From NCBI GenBank assembly GCA_964653725.1, contig CAZZHK010000004.1, positions 95,832 through 159,831 on the forward strand: a DNA stretch of 64,000 nt, given 5' to 3'. How positions within the stretch are numbered: position 1 is the first letter of the stretch; every line of letters begins with the position of its first letter. The translations under genes and the position numbers were made by a program. The notes beneath the pieces are model-generated. The model was not told the origin of the DNA. It did no database searches and saw only the letters and a program-made list of their open reading frames with translations. The stretch is from an uncultured Planctomycetales bacterium. GTDB taxonomy: Bacteria; Planctomycetota; UBA1135; CAZZHK01. Positions 52,589 to 62,390 of this stretch are shown piece after piece.

Positions 52589-53605
52589 ATGCGCCCTTTT
52601 CACGCTGCTGCGGCAGCGCTGTTGTGCCTTCCGTCAGGCACGGTTGGCGGCCTGAGCACCGCCTACGCCGAGGACCTGGTCCTCGTGCTCCGCAACGAGT
52701 CGACCCTGGTTCAGGCCATTCGCAGAACGGTCGCCCTGGAAGGGATCGAAGTCCCGATCAAGGGGGGCGACGACATGGTCGTCACGTTCCACCGGTCCCG
52801 CACCCAGACCGACCACTTTCTGGAGGTGGACGAGGGGAGGCCGGTCGTGGTGCGGCGGGTCTTCGGCGAGATCACCCAGGACCTCAGCATCGCCATGGGC
52901 GAGTCGGGCGAGGAGAACGAGGAGACCATGACCGGCGTCGTGGAGGGCCTGACACTGCTGATCGAGGCGGACGAGGACGACGAGACCACGGCCACGGTCG
53001 AGGACGGGGATGTCGAGGAGCGCTACCTGGAGCACTTCCTCATCGCCTACGAGACCGACCTCCTGGCACCAGTCGGAGAGGCCGAAGAGGGCGATTCCTG
53101 GGAACTGGATACGGAGGCCCTCGAGCGGCTGTTCGGCCTGCTGCCGAGCGCAACCTATTTCGAGCCGGACCGGGAGCAGGGCGAGACGGACATTGAGCAG
53201 GCCTTTCGAGACGCGACCCGGGAAGCGGCCGACCTGGAGGGTGAGGTGACCTGGGAGGCCACCGAGGACCGGGACGGCCTGTCCTGCGCGCTCCTCACTT
53301 TCGAGATGTCCATGGAAACGGACGACTTTGACGCTTCCGAATTCGCCCCGGCCATGTTCGGCATGCGTGACGGCATCGCGGTCCATGACGCCACCGCGCA
53401 GGTCGTCTTCGAGACCGAAGGGTCGTTCTGGTTCGCGCTCGAGGAGATGCGCCCGGTGGCCCTGGAGAGCCAGGGGGCTGGCACGGTGATCCTGTCAGTC
53501 GATACGGCCGGCCCCAAGGGCGAACACAGCGTCACGTTCGGCCTCGAGATCGAGCAGGAGGAGTCGGGCGCCGACACCTGGTCGGCTCCCCACGACGAGG
53601 ACTAG
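52589..53605 (+). CDS. Secreted acidic hypothetical protein, paralogue of the upstream gene
   Basis: Signal-like N-terminus, LLAP......GDSWEL....L.RLF shared with the upstream gene, similar length. Confidence 0.7.
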   Translation: MRPFHAAAAALLCLPSGTVGGLSTAYAEDLVLVLRNESTLVQAIRRTVALEGIEVPIKGGDDMVVTFHRSRTQTDHFLEVDEGRPVVVRRVFGEITQDLSIAMGESGEENEETMTGVVEGLTLLIEADEDDETTATVEDGDVEERYLEHFLIAYETDLLAPVGEAEEGDSWELDTEALERLFGLLPSATYFEPDREQGETDIEQAFRDATREAADLEGEVTWEATEDRDGLSCALLTFEMSMETDDFDASEFAPAMFGMRDGIAVHDATAQVVFETEGSFWFALEEMRPVALESQGAGTVILSVDTAGPKGEHSVTFGLEIEQEESGADTWSAPHDED

Positions 53606-55026
53606 GCCGGCGCGGTCAGCGCCTGGAAGGCGGACAGGTCCGCCTGGTCCTCCAGCGCGAAGATCGCGTCCCAGAGCCGCCCGCGCGCGTCCTCGTCCAG
53701 GACGCTTCCCGCGCAGGCATCGAACTTGGCCCGCAGATCCTCGTCGGTCAGGGGATCCCGTGGGTCGCCCTTCGGCCAGTCGACCTGGCGGTCCAGGGTG
53801 CGGCCGTCGGTGGTGGTGATCTCGACGCGGCAGCGCTGGACTCCCGGGAACAGGGCCTCGATCTCCGGATCGGCCAGGACCTTGATCTTGTTCAGCTGGG
53901 CGCGGATGCGCGGATCGAAGATGGCGTCCTCGTGGAACTCCGCAGGCGTGACCCGGCCGCGGGCGATCGCCGCCGACAGGCAGTAGGGCAGGCTGTGGTC
54001 GGCCGTCTCGTGGGTCTGAGGGTCGTATTTCGACGGGTCGGACAGGATGTCGGCAGCCCTGGCCAGGGTGTGGACGGTGACCTTGTCGACCTCGTCGGCA
54101 TCCAGATCGTTGTCCGCCATCACGTGCAGGACGCACGAGATCGGCGCGTGGGTCAGAGCCTCGGTCGGGAACGCCTTCATGCCGCACTTGACGATCCGCC
54201 AATCGCTCTGGGGAATGCCCTCCAGCGACGGTCCTCCCGGCTCGCCGCCGGTGCCCGGCAGGCCGGCAGTCAGGACATCCGCGTCCCACTCGGGCCCCAG
54301 CGCGTCCATCAGGCCCTCTTTGCCCTCGAAGACCTCAACCGGGCCGGTGATGCCGGCGGCGGCCAGGCGGCAGGCCCAGACGCCGTTGCGCACCGCCATC
54401 GGGTCGGCCACGCCCTTCATCATCGACAGATGGCCGGCGACCACGCCGCCCAGGGTGCAGGACGAGGATCCAGAGATGCCCGCAGCGGCCACGATCACGT
54501 CCGGATCGAGCCCCAGCATGCGGCCGGTGGCGAACGGCATGGCCAGCGCGGTGAGCGTGGCGTGATGCCACTTGCGCTCCCGGATGCCCGGCTGCGCGAA
54601 CTCGCAGAGCCGCATCTCGACCTCGTAGGCGATGGCGATCCCCAGCGCGGCCTGGATCCCGTCCAGGTGCTTCGCCTCGGCGGCGGCCAGCACGCCCGGG
54701 ATCAGGTCGCTGGGGTGGCTGGGGTCCTGCTGCCAATAGATGTCGTTGTAGTCCTGGGCACGAGCGGCCAGAGAGTTGAGAAACGCGGCCTCCTCCATCG
54801 AGGTGGTCCAGCCGACCCCCCACACGGTGGCCTCGGGCTGGTTGCCGCCCTCGGTCGCAACCTGGCGGGCTGCGGTGGGGCCGGGCGTGTCCAGCCCGCC
54901 CAGCGCGCAGCCGATCGTGTCCAGCAGGAAGCGCTTGACCGCGGCCAGCGCCGCGTCGTCCAAGTGCTTGGGACGGGTCTCGGCCGCCCAGTCGGCGATC
55001 AGGCCCGACAGGCTGCGCCCGGCCAC
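53602..55026 (-). CDS. prpD: MmgE/PrpD family protein (2-methylcitrate dehydratase-like)
   Basis: LLDTIGCALG, AAFLN...R..DYND, SHPSD, AYE, HLSMMK, EGKEG, K.FP.E, ETADHSLPY, PKGDP. Confidence 0.88.
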   Translation of the reverse strand: MAGRSLSGLIADWAAETRPKHLDDAALAAVKRFLLDTIGCALGGLDTPGPTAARQVATEGGNQPEATVWGVGWTTSMEEAAFLNSLAARAQDYNDIYWQQDPSHPSDLIPGVLAAAEAKHLDGIQAALGIAIAYEVEMRLCEFAQPGIRERKWHHATLTALAMPFATGRMLGLDPDVIVAAAGISGSSSCTLGGVVAGHLSMMKGVADPMAVRNGVWACRLAAAGITGPVEVFEGKEGLMDALGPEWDADVLTAGLPGTGGEPGGPSLEGIPQSDWRIVKCGMKAFPTEALTHAPISCVLHVMADNDLDADEVDKVTVHTLARAADILSDPSKYDPQTHETADHSLPYCLSAAIARGRVTPAEFHEDAIFDPRIRAQLNKIKVLADPEIEALFPGVQRCRVEITTTDGRTLDRQVDWPKGDPRDPLTDEDLRAKFDACAGSVLDEDARGRLWDAIFALEDQADLSAFQALTAPA

Positions 55027-55028
55027 GC

Positions 55029-56150
55029 TCAGCCGTCCAGTCGCGCGGCAACCGCCGCGGCCATCTGCTCGGTCGTGGCGTCGCCGCTCATGTCCCTGGT
55101 GCGGACTTCGCCGTCCCGGACGACCGACCGGATGGCCTCCATCAGGCGCGTGGCCTTGTCCGCTTCCCCGAGCCACTCGAGCATCAGCTGTGCGGTCAGC
55201 ATCATCGCGCAGGGGTTGGCAATGCCCTTGCCGGCGTACTTCGGCGCCGAGCCGTGAGTCGGCTCGAACACCGCATAGTCGCTGCCGACATTGCCGGCGG
55301 CGGCGAAGCCGAGGCCCCCCACCAGCTGGGCGGCCAGGTCGCTGAGCACGTCGCCAAACAGGTTGGACGCCACCAACACGCCGTAGTCCTCGGGGTTCTT
55401 CACCAGCCACATGCACTGGGCGTCGATGTTGGTCTCCCACATCTCTATTCCCGCGTAGTCGGCCGCCACCTCGCGCGCGGTGCGGACCATCAGGCCGGAG
55501 GTTTCGCGCAGGACATTGGGCTTCTCGACCAGCGTCACGGTCGGGTATCCATGCTTCTGCGCGTATTCGAAGGCGGCGCGCACGATCCGGGTTGCCCCGG
55601 CCTTGGTGATCAGCCGGCACGACATCGCCATCTCCTGCTCGGGCACGTCGGCGAACCGGGCGAAGCGGGGATTGGCGTCCGACAGCGCCGAGCGGACGCT
55701 CTCGGGCACAGGGAAGAACTCGACGCCGCAGTAGAGGCCTTCGGTGTTCTCCCGGAAAACGACCAGGTCGATGCCGTCGCGGTAGTTGAGCGGGTTGCCC
55801 GGGAGCGCCCGGCAGGGCCGGAAGTTGACGCCCAGGTCGCACTCCTGGCGCAGCCGCACGATGGGCGAGCGGTAGGAGAGCCCCTTGTCCTGCAGCTCCG
55901 GCGACAGCTCCGCCAGCGCCTCGTCGGCTGGCTTGGACGTGATGGCCCCGAACAGCGCCGCGTCGGTGGACTTCAGAATGTCCAGCGTGCGCTGCGGCAG
56001 CGGGTCGCCCTCGGAGCACCAGTACTCCCAGCCGATGTCGCCATGGACGTATTCGGCGTCAAATTCGAGGGCGTCGAGGACCAGACGTGTGGCGTCCATG
56101 ACGTCCACGCCGATTCCGTCACCGGGCATCCAGGCAATTTTGTGAGTCAT
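55029..56150 (-). CDS. Isocitrate/isopropylmalate/homoisocitrate dehydrogenase family protein
   Basis: MPGDGIG, LFGAI, RENTEGLY, EKPNVL, NLFGDVLSDL, GGLG, FEPTHGSAPKYAG. Confidence 0.92.
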   Translation of the reverse strand: MTHKIAWMPGDGIGVDVMDATRLVLDALEFDAEYVHGDIGWEYWCSEGDPLPQRTLDILKSTDAALFGAITSKPADEALAELSPELQDKGLSYRSPIVRLRQECDLGVNFRPCRALPGNPLNYRDGIDLVVFRENTEGLYCGVEFFPVPESVRSALSDANPRFARFADVPEQEMAMSCRLITKAGATRIVRAAFEYAQKHGYPTVTLVEKPNVLRETSGLMVRTAREVAADYAGIEMWETNIDAQCMWLVKNPEDYGVLVASNLFGDVLSDLAAQLVGGLGFAAAGNVGSDYAVFEPTHGSAPKYAGKGIANPCAMMLTAQLMLEWLGEADKATRLMEAIRSVVRDGEVRTRDMSGDATTEQMAAAVAARLDG

Positions 56151-56311
56151 TCGTCCTCGTCCGTGGAAAGTTCGTTCTTGGCAAGCACCTGTGTGTAGCA
56201 CCACACCACGATGCACAGCACCAGCGTCCAGATCACCAGCATGAAGGCGAGACCCGCCGAGGTCAGGGATTCGGGCTCCGAAGCGCTCTCCTGGATGACG
56301 GCCCAGATCAT
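56147..56311 (-). CDS. Small single-TM protein, probable small subunit (MetS-like) of the adjacent NSS transporter
   Basis: 54 aa MIWAVIQ..SAGLAFMLVIWTLVLCIVVWCYTQVL..; ATGA overlaps with both neighbours. Confidence 0.65.
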   Translation of the reverse strand: MIWAVIQESASEPESLTSAGLAFMLVIWTLVLCIVVWCYTQVLAKNELSTDEDE

Positions 56312-57876
56312 GCGTCGCTCCTCTTGCTCCAGGTCGCGGCGATCACCGCAGTGGCTGCCGTCGCCAGCGACCCGATCAGCATCCAGACGCCGCTCGGGGT
56401 CCTGGCCAGGTAGCCCGAGAATGCGCTGGCGTGGTAGCGCTCGCGCAGCGCCTCGAGCCCGGTAGACGTGGTCTCGAAGTCGCCCAGTTCGAAGAACTGG
56501 CTCACCAGGATCACGGCGACCAGCACCGGCGCCACCGTCGACATGCACCACCGGAAGAACACCGGGACCTGCAGATCTGCGCCGTGGTGCATGTCCTCCC
56601 AGCCGCGGGCGACTCCGTAGACGAAGGCCCACAGCACGATCTCGATGAACGCGAAGACCACCAGAGCGAAGGTGCCGGTCCAGAAGTCGATCGTGTCGAC
56701 CCACTCCTGGCCGCCGAGCACCACGGTGGCGCCGCAGACCGCCACCCCGGCGCCGATCAAGAGCGCTGCGTTCTTCTGTTCGATGCCGAAGCGCTCGCGC
56801 AGGAACGCGATGATCGGCTGCGCCATCGCCAGGCTGGACGTGATGCCGGCGAAGAACAGCAGCAGGAAGAAGGCGCAGCCCAGCCCCCGGCCGGTCAACC
56901 CGCCGATCTGGGCGAAGATGGCCGGGAAGGCGTTGAAGCCGAAGCCGAAGGTCCCGAAAGTGATCGCCGTGCCGGCGCCGAAGAAGACGAAGGCGGCCGG
57001 CAGGGCGATGGTGCCGCCGATCACGACCTCGCAGGTCTCGTTGGTCATCGAGGTGGCGAGGCCGGTCAGGGTCACGTCGTCCTTGCGCGACAGATAGGAC
57101 GAATAGCAGTGGATCGAGCCCATTCCGAGGCTCAGGGTGAAGAAGACCTGGCCGGCCGCTGCCAACCACGTCTTGGCATTCCAGATGTCGTCGAAGTTCA
57201 GGTTCCAGAGATAGCCCAGCCCCTGGCTGACCGAGTGGCCCCCCTCGCGCGGATCGAGGTTGAGGACATAGATCATCAGGACGACGGCGATCCCGATCAA
57301 CGCGGGCATCGCGAACAGCGCCATCTTCTCGATGCCCGCCGCAAGGCCGCGGCGCAGCACCAGGACATTGGCCACCAGGGTCACCGCGAAGAACGCGATG
57401 GCGGTGCCGCGGCTCTCGAAGTAGCTGCCGCTGGCATCGCCGACGTACTCGTTCAGGAACGCGGTCATCTCGCCGGGTCCCACCCGGCCGGCCTCGATGT
57501 AGTCGCCGGTCAGCGAGAACCACGCGTAACCGAGCGTCCACGACTCGATGTAGGTGTAGTAGATGAGGATCCCGGCCGGGATCACCAGGGTCAGGCCGCC
57601 CAGGTACTTGGCCAGTTTGGATTTCCAGAGCATCTGGAACATCCCCGGCATCGTGTGGTGGCCCTCCTCGCCGCCGCGGCGGCCGATCGACCACTCGATC
57701 CACATGAGCGGGATGCCCAGCACCACCAGGCAGATGAAGTAGGGCACCAGGAACGAGGCCCCGCCGTTGGCGGCCGCCTGTCCCGGAAACCGGAGGAAGT
57801 TGCCCAGCCCGACGGCGTTCCCCGCCATCGCGAGCACCAGCCCGACGCGGCTGCCCCAGCGTTCCTGCTTGGCCAT
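56308..57876 (-). CDS. Sodium-dependent transporter, neurotransmitter:sodium symporter (NSS/SNF) family
   Basis: ERWGSR.G..LA.AGNAVGLGNFLRFP, NGG..F..PY, W..A.GQVFFTLSLG.G, FFAGITS. Confidence 0.93.
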   Translation of the reverse strand: MAKQERWGSRVGLVLAMAGNAVGLGNFLRFPGQAAANGGASFLVPYFICLVVLGIPLMWIEWSIGRRGGEEGHHTMPGMFQMLWKSKLAKYLGGLTLVIPAGILIYYTYIESWTLGYAWFSLTGDYIEAGRVGPGEMTAFLNEYVGDASGSYFESRGTAIAFFAVTLVANVLVLRRGLAAGIEKMALFAMPALIGIAVVLMIYVLNLDPREGGHSVSQGLGYLWNLNFDDIWNAKTWLAAAGQVFFTLSLGMGSIHCYSSYLSRKDDVTLTGLATSMTNETCEVVIGGTIALPAAFVFFGAGTAITFGTFGFGFNAFPAIFAQIGGLTGRGLGCAFFLLLFFAGITSSLAMAQPIIAFLRERFGIEQKNAALLIGAGVAVCGATVVLGGQEWVDTIDFWTGTFALVVFAFIEIVLWAFVYGVARGWEDMHHGADLQVPVFFRWCMSTVAPVLVAVILVSQFFELGDFETTSTGLEALRERYHASAFSGYLARTPSGVWMLIGSLATAATAVIAATWSKRSDA

Positions 57877-57923
57877 GGACCGCAGAGGCTAGGGGCGCGG
57901 AGCGCCGCGATCCAGTCCCCGGG

Positions 57924-59243
57924 TCATTCCCTGCCGGCCATGCGTCGGCAGATCCACTTCCACACGCCGAAGTCGCCGCGCTGCAGCACCAGCGTCTTGA
58001 CCAGCCCCACTCCCGAGATGCGCCGGTAGATGACCAGCGTGGAGACCGCCACCAGGGCGCTGGCGGCCGCGTGGGCAACGCCGGCGCCTACGATGCCCAT
58101 CCTCGGGATCAGCAGCAGATCGAGCCCCACCACCACCACCAGGGCCATCCCATCCAGCTTCATCGGCAGGTCGGGCCGTCCGCGGCCCTGCAGGTCAGCG
58201 AACAGCACCCGCGCCACGCCCATCGGCACGGTTCCCAGGAGCAGCCAGCGAAAGGTCTCCAGGCTGGCCAGATAGGAGTCGTTCAGGAAGACGATCAGCG
58301 GCGGCAGGGCCAGCACCAGACCGCAAGCCGCCACCACGCTTACGAGCGCCATGTGGCGGCTGACCATCGGGGTCAACTCTCGCTTGCCCTCGTCCGACTC
58401 GCGGGAGAATCGCGCGAAGAACACGGGAGCCACCTGATCGGGCAGCATCACCAGCAGTTCCGCCATGCCCAGAGCGAAGGAATAGAGTCCGACAGCGGCG
58501 GCGTCGCGCGTCAGCGCTGCCACCAGGAAGATGTCCATGCGCTGGCTGGCGATCCGCAGGATCCAGGTCAGGTAGTAGGACAGGCCGTGGGGCATGGCCT
58601 GGGCCAGCCAGCCGCGGTCGAGGGACATCGACAGCGGGGCCGACTGGCGCAGGAGGACGGCCGCAGTGATCGCTCCCAGCCAGATGGCCAGGAACTTGCA
58701 CAGGACGGCCGCCTCCAGCGCTTCCACCCCGAGAAGGAGAGCCGTGCCCAGAAGCGCCAGAAACAGCACCTCGGGGGTGAACAGAACCGCGTTGTAGGAC
58801 TTGACCCGGTTCTGGGCCAGGTGGATCGCATTGGCTCCTATGCCGTAGAGCCTGGGCGGGATGCACCAGATCATGGCCAGCAGCAGCACATAGGGGATGC
58901 CGGCCAGCGGGCCGGTCGGATCCGGTGCATCGCCGCCGAACTGCCAGATCACTAGGCTCAGGACTCCCGCCATAAGCAGCCCGACTCCGGTCTGCGTCCC
59001 GAGCAGGGCCTTCGTTGTCCTCCATGTCCCCGTTTCCTCGCGCCCCATCAGGTAGATGGCCGCGTTGTGCAGGCCCAGGCTGCCGAAGACCTGGCCGAAG
59101 AAGCACACCTGGACCATCAGGTCGAACGGTCCCTTCTGCTCGGGGTCCAGAAGGTGGACCAGGAGCAGGCCGGCAGCGAATCCGACCACGCGGGTCGCCC
59201 CGAACCCCAACAGCGTCCAGGCGGTGCCCTTGATCAGGCTCAT
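57924..59243 (-). CDS. Polysaccharide flippase (Wzx/MATE-like)
   Basis: About 12 TM, R.D.F.V..., AVGLYS.A, LLIPRMGIVGA..A. Confidence 0.85.
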   Translation of the reverse strand: MSLIKGTAWTLLGFGATRVVGFAAGLLLVHLLDPEQKGPFDLMVQVCFFGQVFGSLGLHNAAIYLMGREETGTWRTTKALLGTQTGVGLLMAGVLSLVIWQFGGDAPDPTGPLAGIPYVLLLAMIWCIPPRLYGIGANAIHLAQNRVKSYNAVLFTPEVLFLALLGTALLLGVEALEAAVLCKFLAIWLGAITAAVLLRQSAPLSMSLDRGWLAQAMPHGLSYYLTWILRIASQRMDIFLVAALTRDAAAVGLYSFALGMAELLVMLPDQVAPVFFARFSRESDEGKRELTPMVSRHMALVSVVAACGLVLALPPLIVFLNDSYLASLETFRWLLLGTVPMGVARVLFADLQGRGRPDLPMKLDGMALVVVVGLDLLLIPRMGIVGAGVAHAAASALVAVSTLVIYRRISGVGLVKTLVLQRGDFGVWKWICRRMAGRE

Positions 59244-60382
59244 CAGCCGCGCTCGAGGAACTCCAGGTAGAGCGACTCGTAGGCCGACGCGGCGTTCTCG
59301 AGCGTGAACTCGGACAGGACCATTTCGCGCCCGCCCGCCGCCATGGCCTTGGCAGAGCCCGGGTCGGCCAGCAGGCCGGTCACCGCTGCGGCCAGGGCGT
59401 CTGGATCTCCGGGAGGCACACACACGCCGGCATCACCGAGCATCTCGGGAATGCCGCCGACCCCCGGTGCCACCACCGGCAGACAGTGGGTCAGGGCCTC
59501 GAGAATCACCATGGGCATGCCCTCGGACAGCGACGACATTGCGAAGACGTCGATCGCGCCGTAGTAATCGCCCGGCTTGCCCTGAAGGCCGCAGAAGTGG
59601 ATCGCCCCGTGCAAGCCGGCCGCAGCCGCCTGGCGCTCCAGCGCGGCGCGGTCGGGGCCCTCGCCGACCAGCCAAAGGCGCGCCTCGGGAATTCGTTCAC
59701 GGACCAGCGCGAACGCCTCGATCAGCAGGGACAGGTTCTTGTTCGGGTCCATGCGGCCGACATAGCCGACCACGGGGGCGTCCGCCGGCGTTTCCTCCGC
59801 GGCGCGGACCTCGTCTCGAGAGAGTCCAGGCGCCACGCGTCCGGGGTCGACGCCGTTCTTGATCACCCGCACGGTGCCGGGACCGGCCCACCCGTCGCCC
59901 TCCATGCGATCACGGACATCCTCGCACACGGCCACCACCGGACCGATCCCGCGCGACAGCCGCCTAAGGACCCACTTCAGCTTGGCGCTGGCGGGCCCGA
60001 CATTGTGGAGCGTCGCCACCATGACGGAGGTGTGTGCGATGCGGACGGCCAACGCCCCGTAGAAGAGCGCGGTGTCGTTGTGGGTGTGCAGCACATCCAC
60101 ATCCCACTGCCGCAGCACACGGCCGAGCCGAAAGGCGTAGTGCCAGTCCACGCCCTGCTTGCGACGCACGGACGCCCAGGGGATCTCCTCCTTGTCCAAC
60201 GCAGCCGACAGCGGACCCGGGGCGTCGTAGACGATGACGCGCCGATCCCACCGGTTCGGATCGAGCGCCGTGAGCCAGTCCACTGCGGTGCGCTCCATGC
60301 CTCCTACCTGGAGGCCCTGGAGCAGGTGCACGAGGACCGGCCGGCCGCCTGGTGACCGGCTGGCGGTGGGCGGGGGACTCAA
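59243..60382 (-). CDS. Glycosyltransferase family 4 (GT-B)
   Basis: GGMER, DVLHTH, I.NGVD, VGR....KN...LI.AF, D.F..SS..EG.P...LEA....P. Confidence 0.92.
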   Translation of the reverse strand: MSPPPTASRSPGGRPVLVHLLQGLQVGGMERTAVDWLTALDPNRWDRRVIVYDAPGPLSAALDKEEIPWASVRRKQGVDWHYAFRLGRVLRQWDVDVLHTHNDTALFYGALAVRIAHTSVMVATLHNVGPASAKLKWVLRRLSRGIGPVVAVCEDVRDRMEGDGWAGPGTVRVIKNGVDPGRVAPGLSRDEVRAAEETPADAPVVGYVGRMDPNKNLSLLIEAFALVRERIPEARLWLVGEGPDRAALERQAAAAGLHGAIHFCGLQGKPGDYYGAIDVFAMSSLSEGMPMVILEALTHCLPVVAPGVGGIPEMLGDAGVCVPPGDPDALAAAVTGLLADPGSAKAMAAGGREMVLSEFTLENAASAYESLYLEFLERG

Positions 60383-60924
60383 CCCCCGAGGACCTCGAAG
60401 TCGGTGAAATCCGCGTGGTGGAAGATGAGCGCCTCGGGTGTGCGCGCCACGTGATCGCCCTCCTTCGAGTGCACGGCGATGATGTGCATGACCTCCTGCG
60501 GGATGCCCTCCTCATAGCAGAGGCCCACACCCTGGAAGGGGTGGCGCAGCATCTGGCCCTTATGGCCCTTCACGACTTCGCCATCGACCTCCTCGAACTC
60601 GATCAGCTTGCCCACGTCGGCCAGGAAGGCCCCGGCGATCAGGTGGTCGCGGTTGAGGTCCAGGCGGTCGCCGTAGGCGTCGGTCATCAGGTCGCACATG
60701 GCGATGCACATTCGCGCGACGGTGCGGACATGCTCGGGAAAGGTCACGTTGGTGCCGCCCTTGATCAGCAGGGTGAACGGGATCCTGTGGAGGTCGGACG
60801 GCTGCCAGCCGCCGGCGCCAAGCGCCTTCTCGTAGACCGAGAGGGTCGCGTTCCGCAGCCCCTCGTCGGCGATCTCGTTGATCTCGGGGTAGATCTCCAG
60901 GACTTCTGCGCGCACGTCGGTCAT
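60379..60924 (-). CDS. HD-domain (HDIG-like) protein
   Basis: EH..TV, LIAGAFLADVGK..E, LRHP..G, HII..HS.EG, RT.EA...HHADF; the canonical HD is replaced by AD. Confidence 0.78.
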   Translation of the reverse strand: MTDVRAEVLEIYPEINEIADEGLRNATLSVYEKALGAGGWQPSDLHRIPFTLLIKGGTNVTFPEHVRTVARMCIAMCDLMTDAYGDRLDLNRDHLIAGAFLADVGKLIEFEEVDGEVVKGHKGQMLRHPFQGVGLCYEEGIPQEVMHIIAVHSKEGDHVARTPEALIFHHADFTDFEVLGG

Positions 60925-60941
60925 CGGTGGTCTCTTTCTTC

Positions 60942-61709
60942 TCAGTCGTCGGTGGACTCGCGGTCCAGGACGCGGGGGCCAGGGCCATCGTAGCCGTGGT
61001 CGGTCGGGTGAATGCGGCGCATGAGCCGCTGGGCGCCCTGCTCCTCGAGCACGTGGGCCCACAGTCCCGCCACACGGGGCAGAACGAAGAAGAGGTTGCC
61101 CGCCTCCGGCGGGATGCCGAGGTCCGCCAGCACGGCCGCCACCGCGCCGTCCACGTTGAGCGGCAGGGCGCGGCCCGTCTGCTCTTCCAGTTGCGCCTCG
61201 ACCGCCTTCGCGGCCTCGACGTGGGCGCCCGCCTTGCCGTGGGTCTGCGCGATCTCGAGGAGCCGCGCGGTGCGCGGGTCGGCCTTGTGGAGTCGGTGGC
61301 CGAAGCCGGGAACGCGCCGCTTGGCGTCGCGGGCCGCACTGACCGCCTGCTCCGCCCCGGTCTCGACCGCACCTGCCAGGAAGCGCATGCAGCCTGCGAT
61401 CGCCCCGCCGTGGGAGTCGTTGATCGTCAGGATTCCGGCCGCCACGGCCGCGTTGGTCGCCGCGCCGGTCGACGCGCTGGTGCGCGCCGCCAGTGTCGAC
61501 GGCGTGCCCGGGCCGTGGTCGATGGCCGCCACCAGGATCGCCTCAAGCACAGTTGCCGTTCCTTCGTCCGGCGCCTCGCCGGTCAGCAGCAGGCCCACCG
61601 CGCCGCCCAGCGTGGTGCGGCCCATCAGCTCGTCGATCAATACGCCCCTCACGCGCACCTCGTCGGGCGCCACCGAGGTCAGGGATGTGGTCCAGTGCAG
61701 GTCGGTCAT
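60942..61709 (-). CDS. Citryl-CoA lyase (citrate-synthase-like C-terminal domain protein)
   Basis: W.T.L..V....V.VRG..I.EL.G, DHG...PS..AAR, HGGA, PGFGHR.H..DPR, LNVDG.VA, R..G..AH..EE. Confidence 0.85.
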   Translation of the reverse strand: MTDLHWTTSLTSVAPDEVRVRGVLIDELMGRTTLGGAVGLLLTGEAPDEGTATVLEAILVAAIDHGPGTPSTLAARTSASTGAATNAAVAAGILTINDSHGGAIAGCMRFLAGAVETGAEQAVSAARDAKRRVPGFGHRLHKADPRTARLLEIAQTHGKAGAHVEAAKAVEAQLEEQTGRALPLNVDGAVAAVLADLGIPPEAGNLFFVLPRVAGLWAHVLEEQGAQRLMRRIHPTDHGYDGPGPRVLDRESTDD

Positions 61710-61759
61710 GGACCCAAGATCCTAGCCCGCGCCTGCCCGATGCTGTCGACCGAGCGCTA

Positions 61760-62390
61760 GACCTGCCAGCCGCCCGTCTGTGAGGCTGGCAGCAGTTCCC
61801 CGTGCTGCCCGCGTTGGCCCCGTTCCCCTCCAGCACCCCTCCTTCTCCGCCGCCAATGCCATTGCCGGCGGAACCGGTCATCCCCAGTCCTCCCACACTT
61901 CCGGCACCGCCAACCCCTGCAGTCGGAGCCTTCGTGCCACCGGCGGCCCCACCTTGGCCGGGGATCGAGGCGTCACCACCCTTGCCGCCTGCTCCGGCTG
62001 GGCCCGATTTGCCGTCACCGCCCGAGCCGCCGGGTCCCGGGGGACTGCAGCACGCAGGCGCTGGGCCGCTCGCCTGTCCGTCTCTCGCTGCACCGTTGCC
62101 GCCCCGTCCGCCGACGCCTCCGGGCCCCCCAACCGCTCTGCCTCCGTTCGCTCCCTTCACACCTGGCGGGCAGTCACCGTCGATGACAACCTCACCCGAG
62201 GCCACAATCCTGAAATCGTCGGCCACTGGGCAGACAAGCCCTGCGGGAAGGGAGACCGCATCTGCCATCACCTCGCTCAAGATGGGCTCCGAGCCGGGCG
62301 TCACATCCCCTGCTTCGGATTCCCAATGCCGACATGACCGACCCAACCAGCCAAGCAACCCTCAATCAACACTCCTCCAATCCGAACCAT
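61760..62390 (-). pseudogene. Frameshifted/truncated glycine-rich (PE-PGRS-like) secreted protein remnant
   Basis: AAGGAGG SD then ATG 62390 (MVRIGGVLIEGCLAGW..) stops after 29 codons; another frame continues into IVASGEVVIDG and GGxGGxGG repeats with CC pairs; codon usage is atypical. Confidence 0.5.
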
